A stretch of DNA of 64,000 nt from the human T2T-CHM13v2.0 reference genome, Homo sapiens, in assembly GCF_009914755.1 (NCBI RefSeq), contig NC_060929.1; one strand, given 5' to 3'. The notes below the pieces were generated by a model. That model was not told where the DNA came from. It ran no database searches and saw nothing but the letters and a program-made list of their open reading frames with translations. Shown here piece after piece: positions 28,261-43,339 of the stretch. The position numbers were made by a program, and so were the translations under genes. Every line of letters begins with the position of its first letter. The stretch's first letter is position 1.

Positions 28261-30182
28261 TCAGTTCCAGCTTCTGCTGGATAAAAATATTGAGTTTTCT
28301 TTAGTGTTATGCCAGGATTTCCTTAAAGGCTGGATACTGTCTTATTTATCTGTGTCCTTCCACCTGGCACTTTTTAGGTGTCTTGTAGAATTAATTAAAT
28401 CACCAAACCACAGATTGCTTACTCGAACATATTCTTATATCAGTGTGGATGTGACCATGTCTGAGACCAGCTGTGTGGGTCTTGTGCTCACAAGAGAACA
28501 GATGGGGATCTGAAGAGTGGGAAGGGGTGGAACATTTTAATTTCAAGAACATTTTAGCATCACAAAATTCAAAAGAGAAATAGCAATACCAGAAATTTTA
28601 TACTCAAAGTTGCCTGATAATCAAAAGTGAGCATAATAAGAGTAGCAAGGCAGAGCTAGCATATATTTTTCTTATTGAGAAAATTATGACCTTCCAGATT
28701 TGTTATTTCTTGTATGTTTTTTGATAAACTCTTTGGACAAGAAAGTGGGATTTGGTGGGGCCAAAGGAGGAACTTTTTCTTTGACTGCATCATTTCAATT
28801 GTTATTTTTAAAAAATGTATTCATGAGATACTTGCAAAATTAAAAATAAAGAAATAAAATAATAAAAAATTTACTGCCTAAATACATATTTTAAGTCTGC
28901 TGGCAATAATTACCAGTTTTCTGTCTCTTTCCACTTTGCCCAGCCATGATGTGAAGATATTGTTCAAGAAATGATCTTTATCTTCATCTGTTTTCATTTG
29001 GGTAATGTTATTTTCTATCTTTTTTCTTCCATAAAATTACATCTTTTCCTGAGACTTGTCTTTTACATTCGTTGTAAAGCCTAAAATAAGACAAACAATC
29101 ACAAAAACATTTCTTTAAGTGCATTCTTCTCACCTCTCACTGTTCACTCTGTCTTGCTTTGGAATGCTTCTAGCCTCCTCAGGATTTTGGATGCACATAT
29201 CTAAAGTTTTTATCTTCATTTTAGTCTTTCAACCCTTTTGTTCTCTTTTCTTTTCTTTGTTCCAGAAAAAATAATGCCTCATTTTAAGTGACTCACCATT
29301 GTATTGCTTCCTTGGCTTGCATAGCCATTAAGTTGAACATAGTCTATTAATTTAGAGTTGTGTGTTGTGTTGGTTCAGGCTGCTTCTAATTTTGCTAAAG
29401 GATCTGTTATGTGGCTGCAATTAATTTATTTTTAAACATTTTCTTTCTTTCCTTCTGTCCTCTTCTCTGTATTATCCAATCTGATATCTACCAGAGCATT
29501 ATACTCTAATCCAAATTTTGCCCCATTCCAAACTTCAAATTTTCCTTTTTTTCCCCCTCCCATTAGATTCATTTTGTTTCTAATTATAATCCAACTACCC
29601 ACAGGCTTGTTTCACCAGAGGCCATAACACTAGTGTTTATTCAAGGGATTTTTGAAGTGAGTTTTATCCTGCATTTACTAGGAAAAAGGAGAGGGGAAGG
29701 GAGTATAGAAATAGAAAATAATAATTGTTTCAATCTTGAATTCAAATTTCCCTATTGACTGTGTACACTGCTCGGATTCTCTGAGCCCTTATTTAATCCT
29801 ACTATTGCTTTGCCTTTATTGACTTGTACATCTAGCAGGCTCAAAATAAGCAACGAAGACCCAAGAACCCTGACTCAAGACTTCTCTTCCTTCCCCTAGT
29901 CCTTTTCCCTTACCTCTCATTTAACAAACACTAGGTCCAAATCTACCCTTGTTCTCTGGACAAAAGAAACATTTCCTTTCACCTTCCTCTCCAGTCTAGA
30001 AGAGGTAGGCAAAAAGAGAATGGTGTAGCTGGACCCAGGACAATTTTTGACATAACATTACTGTCATGGCCCAAGAGCAAGATCTTAGCATATTTAACTC
30101 ATGGAAAGCCATGGTGCAGGGAACAGAGGATAGTTATTTTGTGGGGTAAATTAAATCTCCAAACTACAGATTGCTTATTTGA

Positions 30183-30440
<258 letters not shown>

Positions 30441-31709
30441 TGAGACCAGCTGTGTTGGTCTTGTGCTCACACAGAACAGATGAGAATGAGAGCTCCTTCC
30501 CTGGAATATCAGAAAGAATGGGACCTTCAGTAGAGTCCATGCTCACCATGGTCCGTCCTCTCAGGGTTACATGCCAGATGTGGGGTTCATGTGACTATAG
30601 CCATGGGCAAAATGACTCTGCCTCCAAGATGAGATCGGTAGCCTCAGTTGTAAAGAACTGAGGCACGGTACCTCTACCCTAACTATTAATCCAGTACAGT
30701 GCCTTCTCTGCTTCAGGTATCAGACTAAGAGAAAATTTGGGATTAAAATCTCGCACGAACTTTTCTCTCATGTCTTGTGGAGACATAAAAAGGGCCATGG
30801 AAAAACAGAAACTTGACATCAGAGAGAAGTTGGGTCCTAATGAAAGGGCTCTGGCCACATAGGCCTGGTGCACTGGGAGAGCCCTGACTGCGACACACAT
30901 CTGCCTGTCTCGCTGGGCACCAGACGTCAGTGGAGGCTGGAGTAAGCAGATGCACACAGTCTGTCTCCTAGTCACAAAAGTTTCCACCATCACCCCCACC
31001 ATGATTCACTGACCCAAGTCTGGAAATCCCAAGTACAGGACCAAACCTCACAGAAAAGCATGAAGATGTCCCCAAGCCTTTTCCAGGCAAAGCTAATGCT
31101 TCCTGTTGGTTACAACAGATGCCAGTGAGGCCAAGACTTAAGCAACGCATAAAACAGTTCCTCACAGGGAAACATTCCACTCCAGAGTCAGAAACTAAAC
31201 CTGTAAGCCTAGCCAGCCAAACATTTTGCAACCATGACCATAATGAAGTCAGTTAATTTTCTTTTCAATTTTCTGCTGTTTGAAGGGATGTTGTCACTTT
31301 AAATTCTATGCCAGAGGCAGTCTCTAAAGAATTTGGTTCCTGGAACAATGTAGCCAAGGGCTGTAGATGAAGAGCAAGATGGAAAAAGATTCCTTCTGAG
31401 AAAGCAGAAAAAATATAAGTAGCAAAATCAGAAAATCCTCCTATGATTACAGCAAGCCAGACACAGGCGTATTTGAATCTCTGTTCTATAGATGCAAAGG
31501 AAAATATATGTGCTTCGTGGTAGATTCTAAATTCAGAGATGAGAAACTGAATTAAAGAAATACCAAAGATGATTGATTGTTTTCCTCTCACTGAAAACCA
31601 TCTCCCTCACAACCAGTTCAGGACATCTTCACATGGATAAAGAAATTAGGATACATAAGAGAAACTACCAGTGAGTTGAAACCAAAATAAGGAGGGGGCG
31701 ACGGGTTAA

Positions 31710-32430
31710 GAATAGAAAATGATCTCATTCACTGTTGATGGGAGTGCAAATTGGTACATTTCTGGACAACAGTTTGGTAACATAGTTATCAAAATCCTTC
31801 AAAATATATTTCATCTTTGACTTAGTATCCCTACTCCCAGGCATCTGCCCTAAGAAAATCATAAGGAAGGTAAGGAAATATGCATGTCACAGAACTATTT
31901 ACAATGGTGAATAGTTAGACATCTACATATGCAATAGGAGAATTCACACTATAGAAAATTATGCAGTTATTTAAATTGCCACCTTTTAGATTAGTAGGTA
32001 ATCTGAGGACATGCTCATGACATGTTAATGGAAAAGAATAGATGCAAAATAAAACAAGTAGAACTATCACAGGTTTTTACATATTTTTGGAAGGAAACAC
32101 ACTATTAATAGTGGCTATCTCTAGGCAGCAGAATCGCAGTTCATATTACCAATTTGCTGCATCAAACCAGTACTACTTTTACAATCACCAAAAACTTATT
32201 TTTAAAAGAAAATGTAAAGGTTTATCCTATAAACTTTTAGGGGAGGAAGAGGAAGCAGAATATAAAATTCTACAGAAAAAAAGGCCTGAAAAAATACTTA
32301 AAATATTAATGTTTGTTCTTTTTAGGTTATAGGTCACTGTATAACTTTTCACTTTCTTCTTTTTCATATTTTCACATTTTTCTTTAAAGAAAATATATCC
32401 CTTTTATACTGAAATAAATTTTTTAAAGAA
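31710..32430 (+). mobile_element. L1ME 3' region fragment
   Basis: tcactgttgatgggagtgcaaattggtaca...cagtttggtaa. Confidence 0.65.
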
Positions 32431-32811
32431 AAACAATATAATAAACAAGAGCATATAGAGATTCTCATTAAGAAGAACTAAACACCTGAGAAGTACAGAA
32501 GGGATTTGTTCTTTTATGGAAAGATATAGTAGGATGAGAAGACCTTTTCATGTTGTTCCAAAAATTGGCTACCAAACCCAAATCTAGAAACAAAGAACCA
32601 TAATGATACCAGATTTTAAAGAAAGCCAAAAATAAGGTGAGGGGACTGCCCCTTATGAGACAGGCTGAACTTGCTCAGCTACCCCATCAAGCCCTACCAC
32701 CTCTCTCCAGTTTAAACACACAGACAACTACGAGATATAGGGGTTTTAAGGAGAATCTTTGTAACCATGAGTCATTGATGTAACCTATGGAAGAGCACTA
32801 GAGTTTGCAGT

Positions 32812-33209
32812 TGTGGTGGCCATGAAAATGTGCTCTCAGATCTCCTACTGCAGAGAACACAGCAGCCCAGCTGCTACAGACTGCCATCTACCACAGCACT
32901 GGAACCAAGATCATGCTTTCCTTTAGCTGCTCCCAGACCAATGACTGAATGTAGCAGGGACACGAAGTCAGGCTCATTCCTGGCAGCCTTGATGGAACTA
33001 TCTTAGAACTGCACTGTTGTCTAATACTGTCCTTCTTTTTTCTTCCCTGTCTCCTTCACAGGGGTCAGATCAACATCACAACTGGGTAGTGCTCTCAGCC
33101 TCCTCCATCTCCTGCTCCTTCTCCTTCACAAGCATTTTTCCCCCAATAAATCCCTTGCACATCTAATCGCATTTTGGCATCTGTGTCTCTAAAGACCTGG
33201 ACGAATACA
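32812..33209 (+). mobile_element. LTR16-like ERVL solo LTR
   Basis: tgtggtggcc start; aataaatcccttgcacatctaatc...ggcatctg...gacctggacgaataca end. Confidence 0.75.
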
Positions 33210-33214
33210 GGAGT

Positions 33215-33996
<782 letters not shown>

Positions 33997-34478
33997 AGAA
34001 GATCTGACAGCATGTATTTGATAACAGTAACTGGAAAAAAGTAAACCACTTGTGCCACCAGCAAGTTAAGAATGCTTAATAAACTGATCACAAAGTTTTA
34101 TTATTAATCTTGTCTCGTATTGTTAAATGAATACATTCAAGTGTTTCATAAACAAGTTATATCAATTATTGTACAATGCAGTGGCTTAAAGACTCATAGT
34201 AATCTCTTTCCTCAGATCATAACTGTTTAGAACCGACCTGATCATTCCCTATTGTGTTATTTTTAAATTACCATGTACATGCTACATACCTAAATTAATG
34301 GCATGATATTTAAAGTAATCAGCAATCTCCATACCACTGAATCTAAAATCTCTATCAGTGTCCCATCATGGCTTGCGATATTATATGGCATTGCTCATTG
34401 AAGGCATACCCATTCCCATGAGTGGGAAAGCAGGGTTAGTAGCTCCACTGTGATATATAAGGAGCTGAAAAATATTCT

Positions 34479-34998
34479 TGTCTTACCGCGGATTTCCTAG
34501 AAAATCAAGCCTCTGAAGTACAGCTTGTGTGCTAATGCTTTATTAAGGGGTACAGTCTCAAGACAGCAAGAATAAGGGGGAAAGGGAAGGGAGGCAAGAA
34601 AGGAGGGAAAACATGTAAGTGTGGTTCATCACTGGGCTGGCCACAGCATCACTAGAAAACACAGCTGGTTCCTTTTTTATGCAGGACATCTCCAGAGAGG
34701 CCATGTGCTTCTCATAATAGTCCATTGTGGGAATAGAGGGAACAGAATGTATCTGCCAGGTCTTTCCTGTCTCCTGTCTCTCACTGCTCAAAGAATGCCT
34801 GACACTTCTAGAAGTGTGAACGCCCCAACACTTCTGGGTGTGTCTGTGTTACCTGAGCTCTCCAGTCAGCCACTAGGGAAGTCAGATCCCATGCCACTTC
34901 CCAACACTTCTGAGCCTAGGTGTGGTCGAAAGGTCCGGGGTGGGGTTGCTACAGTTCTGCCCAGTGAGCATAGTGAAGCCATACAAAAGCAGGCTCCT
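34479..34998 (-). mobile_element. ERVL-type LTR remnant, family uncertain
   Basis: tgtctta...ttcctagaaaa...gtgtgctaatgctttattaagggg resembles an antisense ERVL LTR end. Confidence 0.5.
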
Positions 34999-35291
34999 GG
35001 CAGGGCACAGTTGCTCAGACCTCTAATTCCAGCACTTTGGGAGGCCAAGGCAGGTGGATCACTTGAGGTCAGGAGTTCAAGACCAGCCTGGGCAACATGG
35101 CAAAACCCCATCTCTACCAAAAATACAAAAATTACCCAGGCATGGTGGTGCATGCCTATAGTCCCAGCTACTTGAGAAGCTGAGGTGGGAGGATCGATTG
35201 AACCCGGGAGGCAGAGGTTTCAGTAAGCCGAGATCGCACCACTGCACTCCAGCCTAGGTGACAGGGCGAGACTTCGTCTAAAAAAAAAAAA
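34999..35291 (+). mobile_element. Alu (Jb/Sz-like)
   Basis: Full dimer with A tail; TSD aaagcaggctcct / aagtcagggtcct. Confidence 0.95.
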
Positions 35292-35807
35292 GTCAGGGTC
35301 CTCACCTTGGGGAGGCTGGGACAGCTGACAATGTTAAGAGATGGAAGAAAGGTAGTGGTCAAGGCTTCTCTGCTGAGCAAGTGGTCAGGACCTAGAGGCA
35401 GCTGGAGCAAGCAGATCTGGAGAAAAACAGTAACACGGATCACACAGTCCCAAATCTTATGTTGTTTGCATTGCATCATCCTTCCTCTCATACTAGTATC
35501 TTGACAACTAGGTAACAGAGAATGGACACATCTCCCCCCACCTCCCTGCCCCACTGCTTCTAAGAAACAACTACTTCTTTGCTTTCATCATCATCCTTAA
35601 TTTTGGGTTCTTCCATCTGGTTCACATTTCTTCCCAGAAAGCTCTTGATGCCCTTATTTCCAAATCCTTTTCTGTACATGAAGCTATTTCTTTCCCACCA
35701 ATTTTTGTAATCCATTCTGGAAAACACACCCAAAGCCCTGGGGCTTCTGCCCATTCTGCTTTTCATTATTGCGATTGCAATGTGGTTAGACCAGTAATGT
35801 CAAAACC

Positions 35808-35913
35808 GTGTGTGTGTGCGTGTGCATGTGTGTGTATGTGTTTGCAATGCAGTCTCCTCCAAAGCTGATAAGAGCGGACTTAAACACACACACACAGACA
35901 CACAGACACACAC
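35808..35913. repeat. Imperfect (TG)n followed by (CA)n microsatellites
   Basis: Seen directly at 35808-35842 and 35885-35913. Confidence 0.9.
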
Positions 35914-36884
35914 TTTTCTCCTGGGTAGTGCAGTATTTGGACAGAGATAAGATTACATCTCTTGGAAAGGAGAAAAGGTCTTGGTCTGAGGGATAAGTCT
36001 TCCAATTTTAAAATGGGAAATATTTCAAAACTGGTTGCATTAAGCCCTTACGTTCAGGAGACCAAAACCTTACGAAGGGCATGAAAAACTTAAAAATAGT
36101 CCATTAATAAAGAAAAGCATTTTTCCCACAGATTAATTGGGCTTTGAGTTCTTTATCCAAGGCCTTCTTTTGACATTTCAGGGATTCTTGTATTTATATT
36201 CAAACTCATCAGAAATGGTCTTCAGGTGAACAATTGCTTCTTGTGGTTTTTCTTCCTTCCTCTTGATTAGTTTTTCTCTTCAGACCTTTGGCTGACTGCT
36301 TTACTACTGTCACCAGGACTGAAATTCCTACCAGGGTTAAAAGAAAGACCCATGAGTAGCAATGCTGTGTTCTCACATTTTTTCATCCAGAGCAGGAAAA
36401 GACCATTTATGGATTGATCTTCAATCAGAGAACCATGTCACCCAATCTCCCTGCTCTGCAACTTGCCACAAGATTGATGGTAAATATAATACATATGAAA
36501 ATGAAGGAGGAAAATGTATGTAAAGCCTTGGTGGTGGTGCAGGGGCCGGAAACGATGTTATGCAGTACATCATTTCATCGGAATTTCTCATTTTCAGGAC
36601 ATTGACTCTAAAATTACTGCAGTCGTAGTGTTTAATGTTCCTGTATTCAGATTCCAGGGTTTTCAAAAAATGATTTGAAGCCAGAAAAGCAAGGCTGACT
36701 TCTTTAGACCCATAATGTAGTGTGACCAGAAAAATTGCAAGGAAATTTGTAAATGCTATAAACACAGACACACACATACAGACACACAAAGATGATGGGG
36801 ACGGGGGCCAGGGAGACTCACAGTGAGCTTAATACTCTCTCCAATAGAGCATCAAGCAGGTTGCCAATAAAAGAAGGAACACAA

Positions 36885-37857
36885 CGTAATAGTAAACTAA
36901 TGAAGCTTAAGTTCATGGCCCTGAGAGGGGACCCAGCGATGGCCTAGCAACATGGTCAATATTTTTACAAGTTTTTGTAAAATTTAAGCTATTTTAACCA
37001 AAATGCTTAAGATTGCTGTCTCTCCCTACTCCAATTTTCCTTCTGTATTGGGTGACATTAGACAGGCCATGAGAATTCGGGGGATCCAGCTAACAGAAGG
37101 TGAGTTGATATTTCATTAGGGTTTAGTGGAAAAGTAGGCTATATTTAGGAGGATCTCAGTCACTTCTGTGTTAGTTACGTGATTGCCAGCGTTCTGGTAG
37201 AACACTGGCTTCTAGGAGTGCTCCTCTGGCTCCTGAGCGACACAGAGGTGCAAGGCAAGAGTCCACATCTCAGCATGAATATGAACTTCAGGGCCCAGCA
37301 CCAGGAGTATGTTAGGAAGTGGAGGAGAAACCAGAAGACAGTCAGAAGCTAATCATCTATGGGAAATCCTTCCAATCATCAGATCCATTGATACAGAGAA
37401 TTCAAGTTTCACTGATGCCTCAAAAAGACAGAAGTTTTCTCCTCAACAAAGGCTTTTCCAAATTTGACACCAATCCTAAAAATTTATGTGATATTAATCT
37501 AACTTAGGACACTGGAAAAAAAATTATTGTAAACTATCAGTAATTTTTTAAAACTTCAATCAACCATGCTAGAACAACTGAGTTATCTCTCTATTTTCTC
37601 TATGAAAAACACATTACAAAATTTTTGTCCTATGAAGGGGCAATCAAAGTTTATGAAGCCAAAGAATGTATTTTTAATGTTCGTGATATTTGTCAGCTTT
37701 TTCAGATTTGTAATTGGTTGCAACTCTTTTCTCATTCTAAATACATGTTCTTTCATAATTTATTTAGTATTCATGACTGGTTGCATATAATCTCTTATAT
37801 TTTCTTCTGAAATATGTATTATCTTCTTGTTTACATTTAAATCTTCAGGGCATCTGG
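36885..37857. mobile_element. hAT-Tip100 remnant (Zaphod/MER115-like)
   Basis: aactaatgaagcttaagttca..ggccc start; hAT dimerisation-like tcaaccatgctagaacaactgagttatctctct. Confidence 0.5.
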
Positions 37858-37879
37858 GATATATATATATACACATATA

Positions 37880-38030
37880 TTTTTTGAGACAGTCTCTCTC
37901 TGTCACCCAGGCTGGAGTGCAGTGGCACAATCTTGGCTCACTGCAACCTTCGCCTCCCAAGTTCAAGCGATTCTCATGTCTCAGCCTCCTGAGTAGCTAG
38001 GACAACAGGCCTGTGCCACTGTGTCCAGCC
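37880..38030 (-). mobile_element. Alu right-arm fragment
   Basis: tttttgagacagtctc...tcagcctcctgagtagct...gtgtccagcc. Confidence 0.9.
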
Positions 38031-39030
38031 TGGAATTTATATTTGCATATTTTGTGTAGTAGGGTCCATCTTTATTTTCTTCAAGAAAGATAGTTACACT
38101 GACACTATTTATTAATTATTTATAATGTTACTGTTTATTAATGAAATATTTAATAACTATATAATTTATTTCCTGCTGCATTGAGGTACCACCTTTATCA
38201 TAGAGTTTTTCATATATACTGAGATATATTCTTTTATTATAATTTTAACTTTTATTTTAGATTCAGGGGGTACATATACATGTTTGTTATCTGGGTATCT
38301 TGTGTGATGCTGAGGTTTGAGGTACAATTGATCCTGTCATCCAGGTACTGAGCATAGTAACCAATAGTTAGTTTTTCAATCCTTGCCCCACTCCCTCTCC
38401 CTCCACTCTAGTAATCCTAGAAATGCCATTGAGATATATTCTTGGTTCTATATTCTATTCTACTGATTTGTTTATTCTGTGTCTATACTATCTTGGTTTT
38501 TATTACAGTAGTTTTGTTGAATATACTGATATCTAATAAGAAAAGTATCTGTTTTATGGATACTTTTATTATTATTTGGGGGTGTTTACTTTTCTATACG
38601 AAATTTGAGATTATTTCATCCACTTAAAATGGCTGAGAGTCTATTGGTGTTATACTAAATGTATGTAATAGTTTGGGGTAATTTGACATTTTTATGATAT
38701 AATGTCTCCCCTTCTAAGAATGTGGTATGACGTTCTAGTTGTTGAGATTTATTTCAGGTTTCTTCATATAGGTTCCTCACTTTTCTTGCTAAATTTATTT
38801 CTCAATATTTCATAGTTTTACGTCATTATCTCGAATTGAATACTTTTCCCACTTTCATTTCCACATTTTATTGATAGTATGAAAAAAGTGCTTATGTTTT
38901 TTAAATTATTATTGATCCAATTATCTTTCAAAAATTACATTCTTATACATTTTTATTAGTGTCTCCTGGGTTTTCTGGGAATACTATTATATCATCAGCA
39001 AAAAAAGTGATAGTGTCATTTATCTCAATT
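38031..39030 (-). mobile_element. Old L1ME ORF2 fragments
   Basis: ttctattctattctactgatttg, gtaatttgacatttttatgatat, ctaaatttatttctc. Confidence 0.65.
38234..38429 (-). mobile_element. L1PA15/L1PB-like 3' end
   Basis: ttttagattcagggggtacat...; perfect 14-bp TSD tgagatatattctt at 38220-38233 and 38430-38443. Confidence 0.9.
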
Positions 39031-39110
39031 TCTCTAGCACTGAGCACAGTGTCTAATACTGTTCAGCACACCGTAAATGTTAACAATGAATGAACAAATG
39101 AATGAACAAA
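39030..39110 (+). mobile_element. L2 3' end
   Basis: gcactgagcacagtgtcta...taaatgtt...aatgaatgaa. Confidence 0.7.
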
Positions 39111-39154
39111 AAAGTGGATCGGAGATTCTTCACATGGAGCACCAAGTTCCTCAC

Positions 39155-39235
39155 TATTGTAGTTCTCCAATGAATTCTCCATCCTCCTTCTGAATGCCAC
39201 CATTTCTTTGATTGAAACTGCAGAAGTTTCCAAAT
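39155..39235 (-). other. Weaker candidate exon (81 nt)
   Basis: Minus strand: ttcgtcttctgctttactag| ... AATA|gtgagg. Confidence 0.25.
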
Positions 39236-39484
39236 CTAGTAAAGCAGAAGACGAATAAATATGATGACCAAAGGGAACACATTCCTGATGAGTGAAGGAT
39301 CTTCCTGAGTGAATTGTAGGGTGTGTTCTTTAAGTTTCCCTTTCCATTCAAGCTGAGACAGAGAACACAAGGGAGGCTTTTTTATTCTGCCCAGGAAAAA
39401 AGCAATGGGCTGTCACTGCACTTTTGAATGAATTAGAAGGCATAATGAGGCAAACAAAAAAAATTTCTTTTAAAAAGAAAATGA

Positions 39485-39783
39485 GGCCAGGTGCGGTGGC
39501 TCATGCCTGTAATCCCAACACTTAGGAGGCTGAGGCAGGTGGATCAACTGAGGTCAGGAGTTCGAGACCAGCCTGGCCAACATGGTGAAACCCCCATCTC
39601 TACTAAAAATACAAAAATCAGCCAGGTGTGGTGGCATGCACCTGTAATCCCAGCTACTCGGGAGGCTGAGGCAGGAGAATTGGCTTGAACCAGGGTGGCA
39701 GAGGTTGCAGTGAGTGGAGATCATGCCACTGTACTCCAGCCTGATAGAGCGAGACTCTGTCTCAAAAAAAAAAAAAAAAAAAA
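39485..39783 (+). mobile_element. AluS
   Basis: Full dimer with poly(A). Confidence 0.95.
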
Positions 39784-41457
39784 GAACAGGAAGCTAGTCA
39801 GAGGTTTGCCAGCAGAAGCATTTCAGTGAAGGGTCCAGAAGCACAGATAACAAAAATCAAGGCAGCCTGGATAGCTTTCTAAATCTCAGAAGAGAGTTTT
39901 TTTTAAAAGTCTGTAGGTGGTGATGAGGAGAAAACCTAAGTGATGCCAATTTATAGATAGGTATTCATGTTCATTTTAGTCTTGATCCATATATTATATC
40001 CATACTTAAGCCTCAAAAATGCTGCATAATTGAACTAAAAGCATGTGCTCACCAATCTAACCTCTCTAAGTCAACCATATGTGAGAAGAGCCAAGCCACT
40101 AGGCCTAAAATCACAACCACGGCCATTCACCTTTTGGGAGCTATTAGAGTTTGTAGAATTGTAGGCATAATTTATTACTGAGGGAATTAGCCATTATGTT
40201 GCATACTTGAAATTCCAACTCAACTAATTGTCAATCTGAGTCATAATAAATAATAAATAGGCCCCAAATGCTAGAAGCTTCTGACTTGGCATCATAAGAT
40301 ATCACTTAATCCTGCAAGAGGTTTTCCAACAAACCACAATAGCTCCCTGCTTTTCCACAAAATTAAAATACACATATACAAATTTATGAGTGCACACAAA
40401 GAATTTTCCACTGTAAGAAATACCTTTGTTTTCAAAAACAGAAAATGATGATCACCAAGCTGGAGAGCATGATGCAAAGTGCTCCCCATAAATTAGCAGC
40501 AAGAACACCACGTACTAAGACAACCAGGAGAAAAGGGTTATGTTCAAGTTGTGGAAATAAATCCAAACTCTGGCGCAGATTACAAAGGATGGTTATCTGA
40601 AGGATATCCAAACTGTTCTTCTAGGGAAAACAAAATGTTTCTATTAGGGAGTCCCTAATAGGGAAATCACTTGAGAGGCAGCTAGAACACCAGCATAGTA
40701 ATTGGCTAGATAATCCCAAATACTGCACTTGAGCTGACAGCACAAGGCCAAATGAGGAGTAGCAGCTTTCACGCACACACCAGGCTACTAGGTAGGGCTG
40801 ATGCTTTGAAGCATCTCTTCGTGTTTTTAGTTGGTGAAAGGTTTGTAAAGAAAATGTGTCCCTCTAAATAAGCCTAGCCCTGCAAACACATGAGTGCATT
40901 GGTGATGTGGCTCGGGTCTTTAATTTGTCTTGGATAGCAGCTGGCACCCTGCTGTTAGGCCTTTGCTCACAGCCTCGTCCTGATGGAAGTGCTCTTGCCC
41001 TTCCTCTCTGAGGATCTGCATCTTTCTCATCTACTGTGCATCTGCCAGACCTAGAATCACTCCCTTCCCTGAGCCAGGCCATACTTCAATTCTTTTGATC
41101 ACAAGATAGAATTTGAAGACATTAAGAGACAGATCTCTCAAAGAGTTTCCTATGACCTTAATTCCCTATCAAAGGCAATGCTAGGCAGATCCTGCGTGTT
41201 ACCCATATTGTCATGCAGCCTCTGCCCAGCAGTGAAAATCTTCAATCATCCAAGTGGCCGTGATCCCTGGAGCTGGCCTTCTTCACTCAGTGGTTGGGAT
41301 AGACAATAGTGAGGTTTTTCCCTGCAGCCCAAAACAGGGCCCCTGAAGATGACCAGGAGGGTAGACCCAGCAAGCAGAAGGAGTGCTCTTTATTTTCTCT
41401 GGGGTAGAATTATAAGTTTAGATTAATTGAAACCAATTATAACATCCCTTAATTTAT

Positions 41458-41592
41458 AAAGTGACCATTAAGTCACGTTTGCCTCCAACAATCCTGGTTT
41501 ATACCTATTGTCCCTGAGTCATTATTTATAGTACTCTCCCTTGCACTCTCAAAATTGTTCCACTTTGGAAAATAAATGATATTGTCAACCAC
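41458..41592 (-). mobile_element. MER94-like MITE
   Basis: gtgaccat...caatcctggtttatacctattgtccc...cactctcaaaattgttcc. Confidence 0.65.
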
Positions 41593-41854
41593 TTATTTAG
41601 AATACCAAGGGCAAGTTCCTCCTTGATCCATACAAGGTAACATATGTATCAACAAGGACAAGTAAGCAGGATGCCAAAGTCAACAGACTTTAAGCAGAAG
41701 GCTGGGGCTTTAGAAATGTTACTCATTCTCCTTTGGCACAGATATCAAGTTTATTTTCTGTAAAGGGTGTAGCAACTTAGCATATCTTGCTGGAGAAAAA
41801 CAATCATAATCTGTTGGTTTCATCTCTTCCATTAAAATGAAAATTTGTTACACA

Positions 41855-42110
41855 GCTGTGTTGTAGCTTCCCAACAGAGAGCAGATGACCCACCTGAACT
41901 AGCATAATTCAAAGAGGACTTGTTTACAATAGTGTGGATGTAGGGGGACCACAAGGAATAGTGCAGAAACCTGATGCTTAGTGCCAACCAAACTGATATC
42001 ACCACAGGCCAAAGCAAGGAGGAGAGGGAAGGCATCTTGTGAATTGGCTTCTGGAGAAGAGGAGAGTCTCCTCTCATGATACAACTCGAGTCTCCCTTCT
42101 TTTGTAAACC
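41855..42110 (-). mobile_element. LTR33-like fragment
   Basis: Similar to the element at 15271 (aggacttgtttacaatagtgtgg...accacaagg). Confidence 0.55.
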
Positions 42111-42223
42111 AAACCCCACCATCTCAGCCCATAAGCATTCCACCTGAAAGCTCTATTCACAAACTGCACTATGCATCTGGCACTCACACAGATGAACTTG
42201 TGTTCTTACACCTTTTCACAGTA

Positions 42224-42458
42224 CAGGTTGAGTATCCCTTATCCAAACCACTTGGGACCAGAAGTGTTTTAGATGTCAGTTGTATTTAAACTTTGGGATA
42301 TTTGCATTATACTTACCAGTTAAGCATCCCAAATCCAAAAATCTGAAACCCAAAATGCTCCAATGAACATTTTATTCGAGCATCATGTCCGCACTTAAAA
42401 GCTTCTTATTCTGGAGCATTTCAGCTTTCAGATTTTCAGGTTTGGGATGCTCAACCTG
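42224..42458. mobile_element. Tigger4a/MER46A MITE
   Basis: TIRs caggttgagtatccc / gggatgctcaacctg with TA on both sides. Confidence 0.9.
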
Positions 42459-43339
42459 TATTGTTTTTTAACTGATGTCATAAATGCCATGAAGGAAGGT
42501 AGAGACCACATTTCTTACCTCTAGATCTCAAGCATCACAACATCAGTGTTTCTAAACCATTTGTTTTCTCGCTACAACACATGAAACCAATGACATTCGC
42601 AGGCAAGACATTCCCCCAAGACATCCACTGGGTTATGCATAATTCCTACTATGCTCCCTCATTTATCTCCCACTCAAGAAGGCATACCAGAATATAGATG
42701 AGTGAGGTCAGGTTATTGTATAGGTAATGTCGAATCTACTCCAACTTTTTAATGTAAATTGTGTACAAACTATGTTGTTACTATTAACTGGTGTCTGGCA
42801 ACACATCTCACAACCTCTCCTGCACACTGTGTGTCATAATGGCACAAACACATAAAGTACTTGATGATAAGGAAAAAGGATTCACAAAGTGGATAAGAAA
42901 TGTGGAGGAAAAGGCTGTCTCTGTCACCATGGACACAGGTGTAGACCTATAGAAGAGACCCCAAGAACCAGCATCCCAGCATGCTATTGTTGGATCTCGG
43001 AAGATATTCCACTTTTACAGTCCCAGAAGAATGCAGCCAACTTGCCTTACACACTACCTAGCCCAACTCTGAATTTTACAGATAAAGAAATTGGGATATG
43101 GAATCTGACCCTGATCATACAAAGTACTGATCAAAGTGATGTTGGAGCCCATAACTAAATCAAAGACATTCAAGGAAAAATAACAACAACAACACTTTTT
43201 TCTTATCTGGAAACTAATGAATTCATTTGTATTTACTGGTTTCAAATATTTTCTGATTGTCACCTTGTCCAAAGTAATGACACTGTTCTTGGTAATGACG
43301 ATACACAGTAAACAAAAACAAAAATGGTCTGCTCTCATT

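Noticed and set aside
34621-35175. 184-aa ORF
   Set aside because: Reads through an LTR remnant into an Alu ([20 protein letters not shown]).
35560-35717. Minus-strand coding-looking segment after gtgttttccag
   Set aside because: Acceptor is plausible, but there is no convincing donor and no recognisable protein.
38417-38430. Possible twin-priming inversion at the L1 5' junction (ctagaaatgccatt)
   Set aside because: Only 14 bp with a mismatch, too short to separate from chance.
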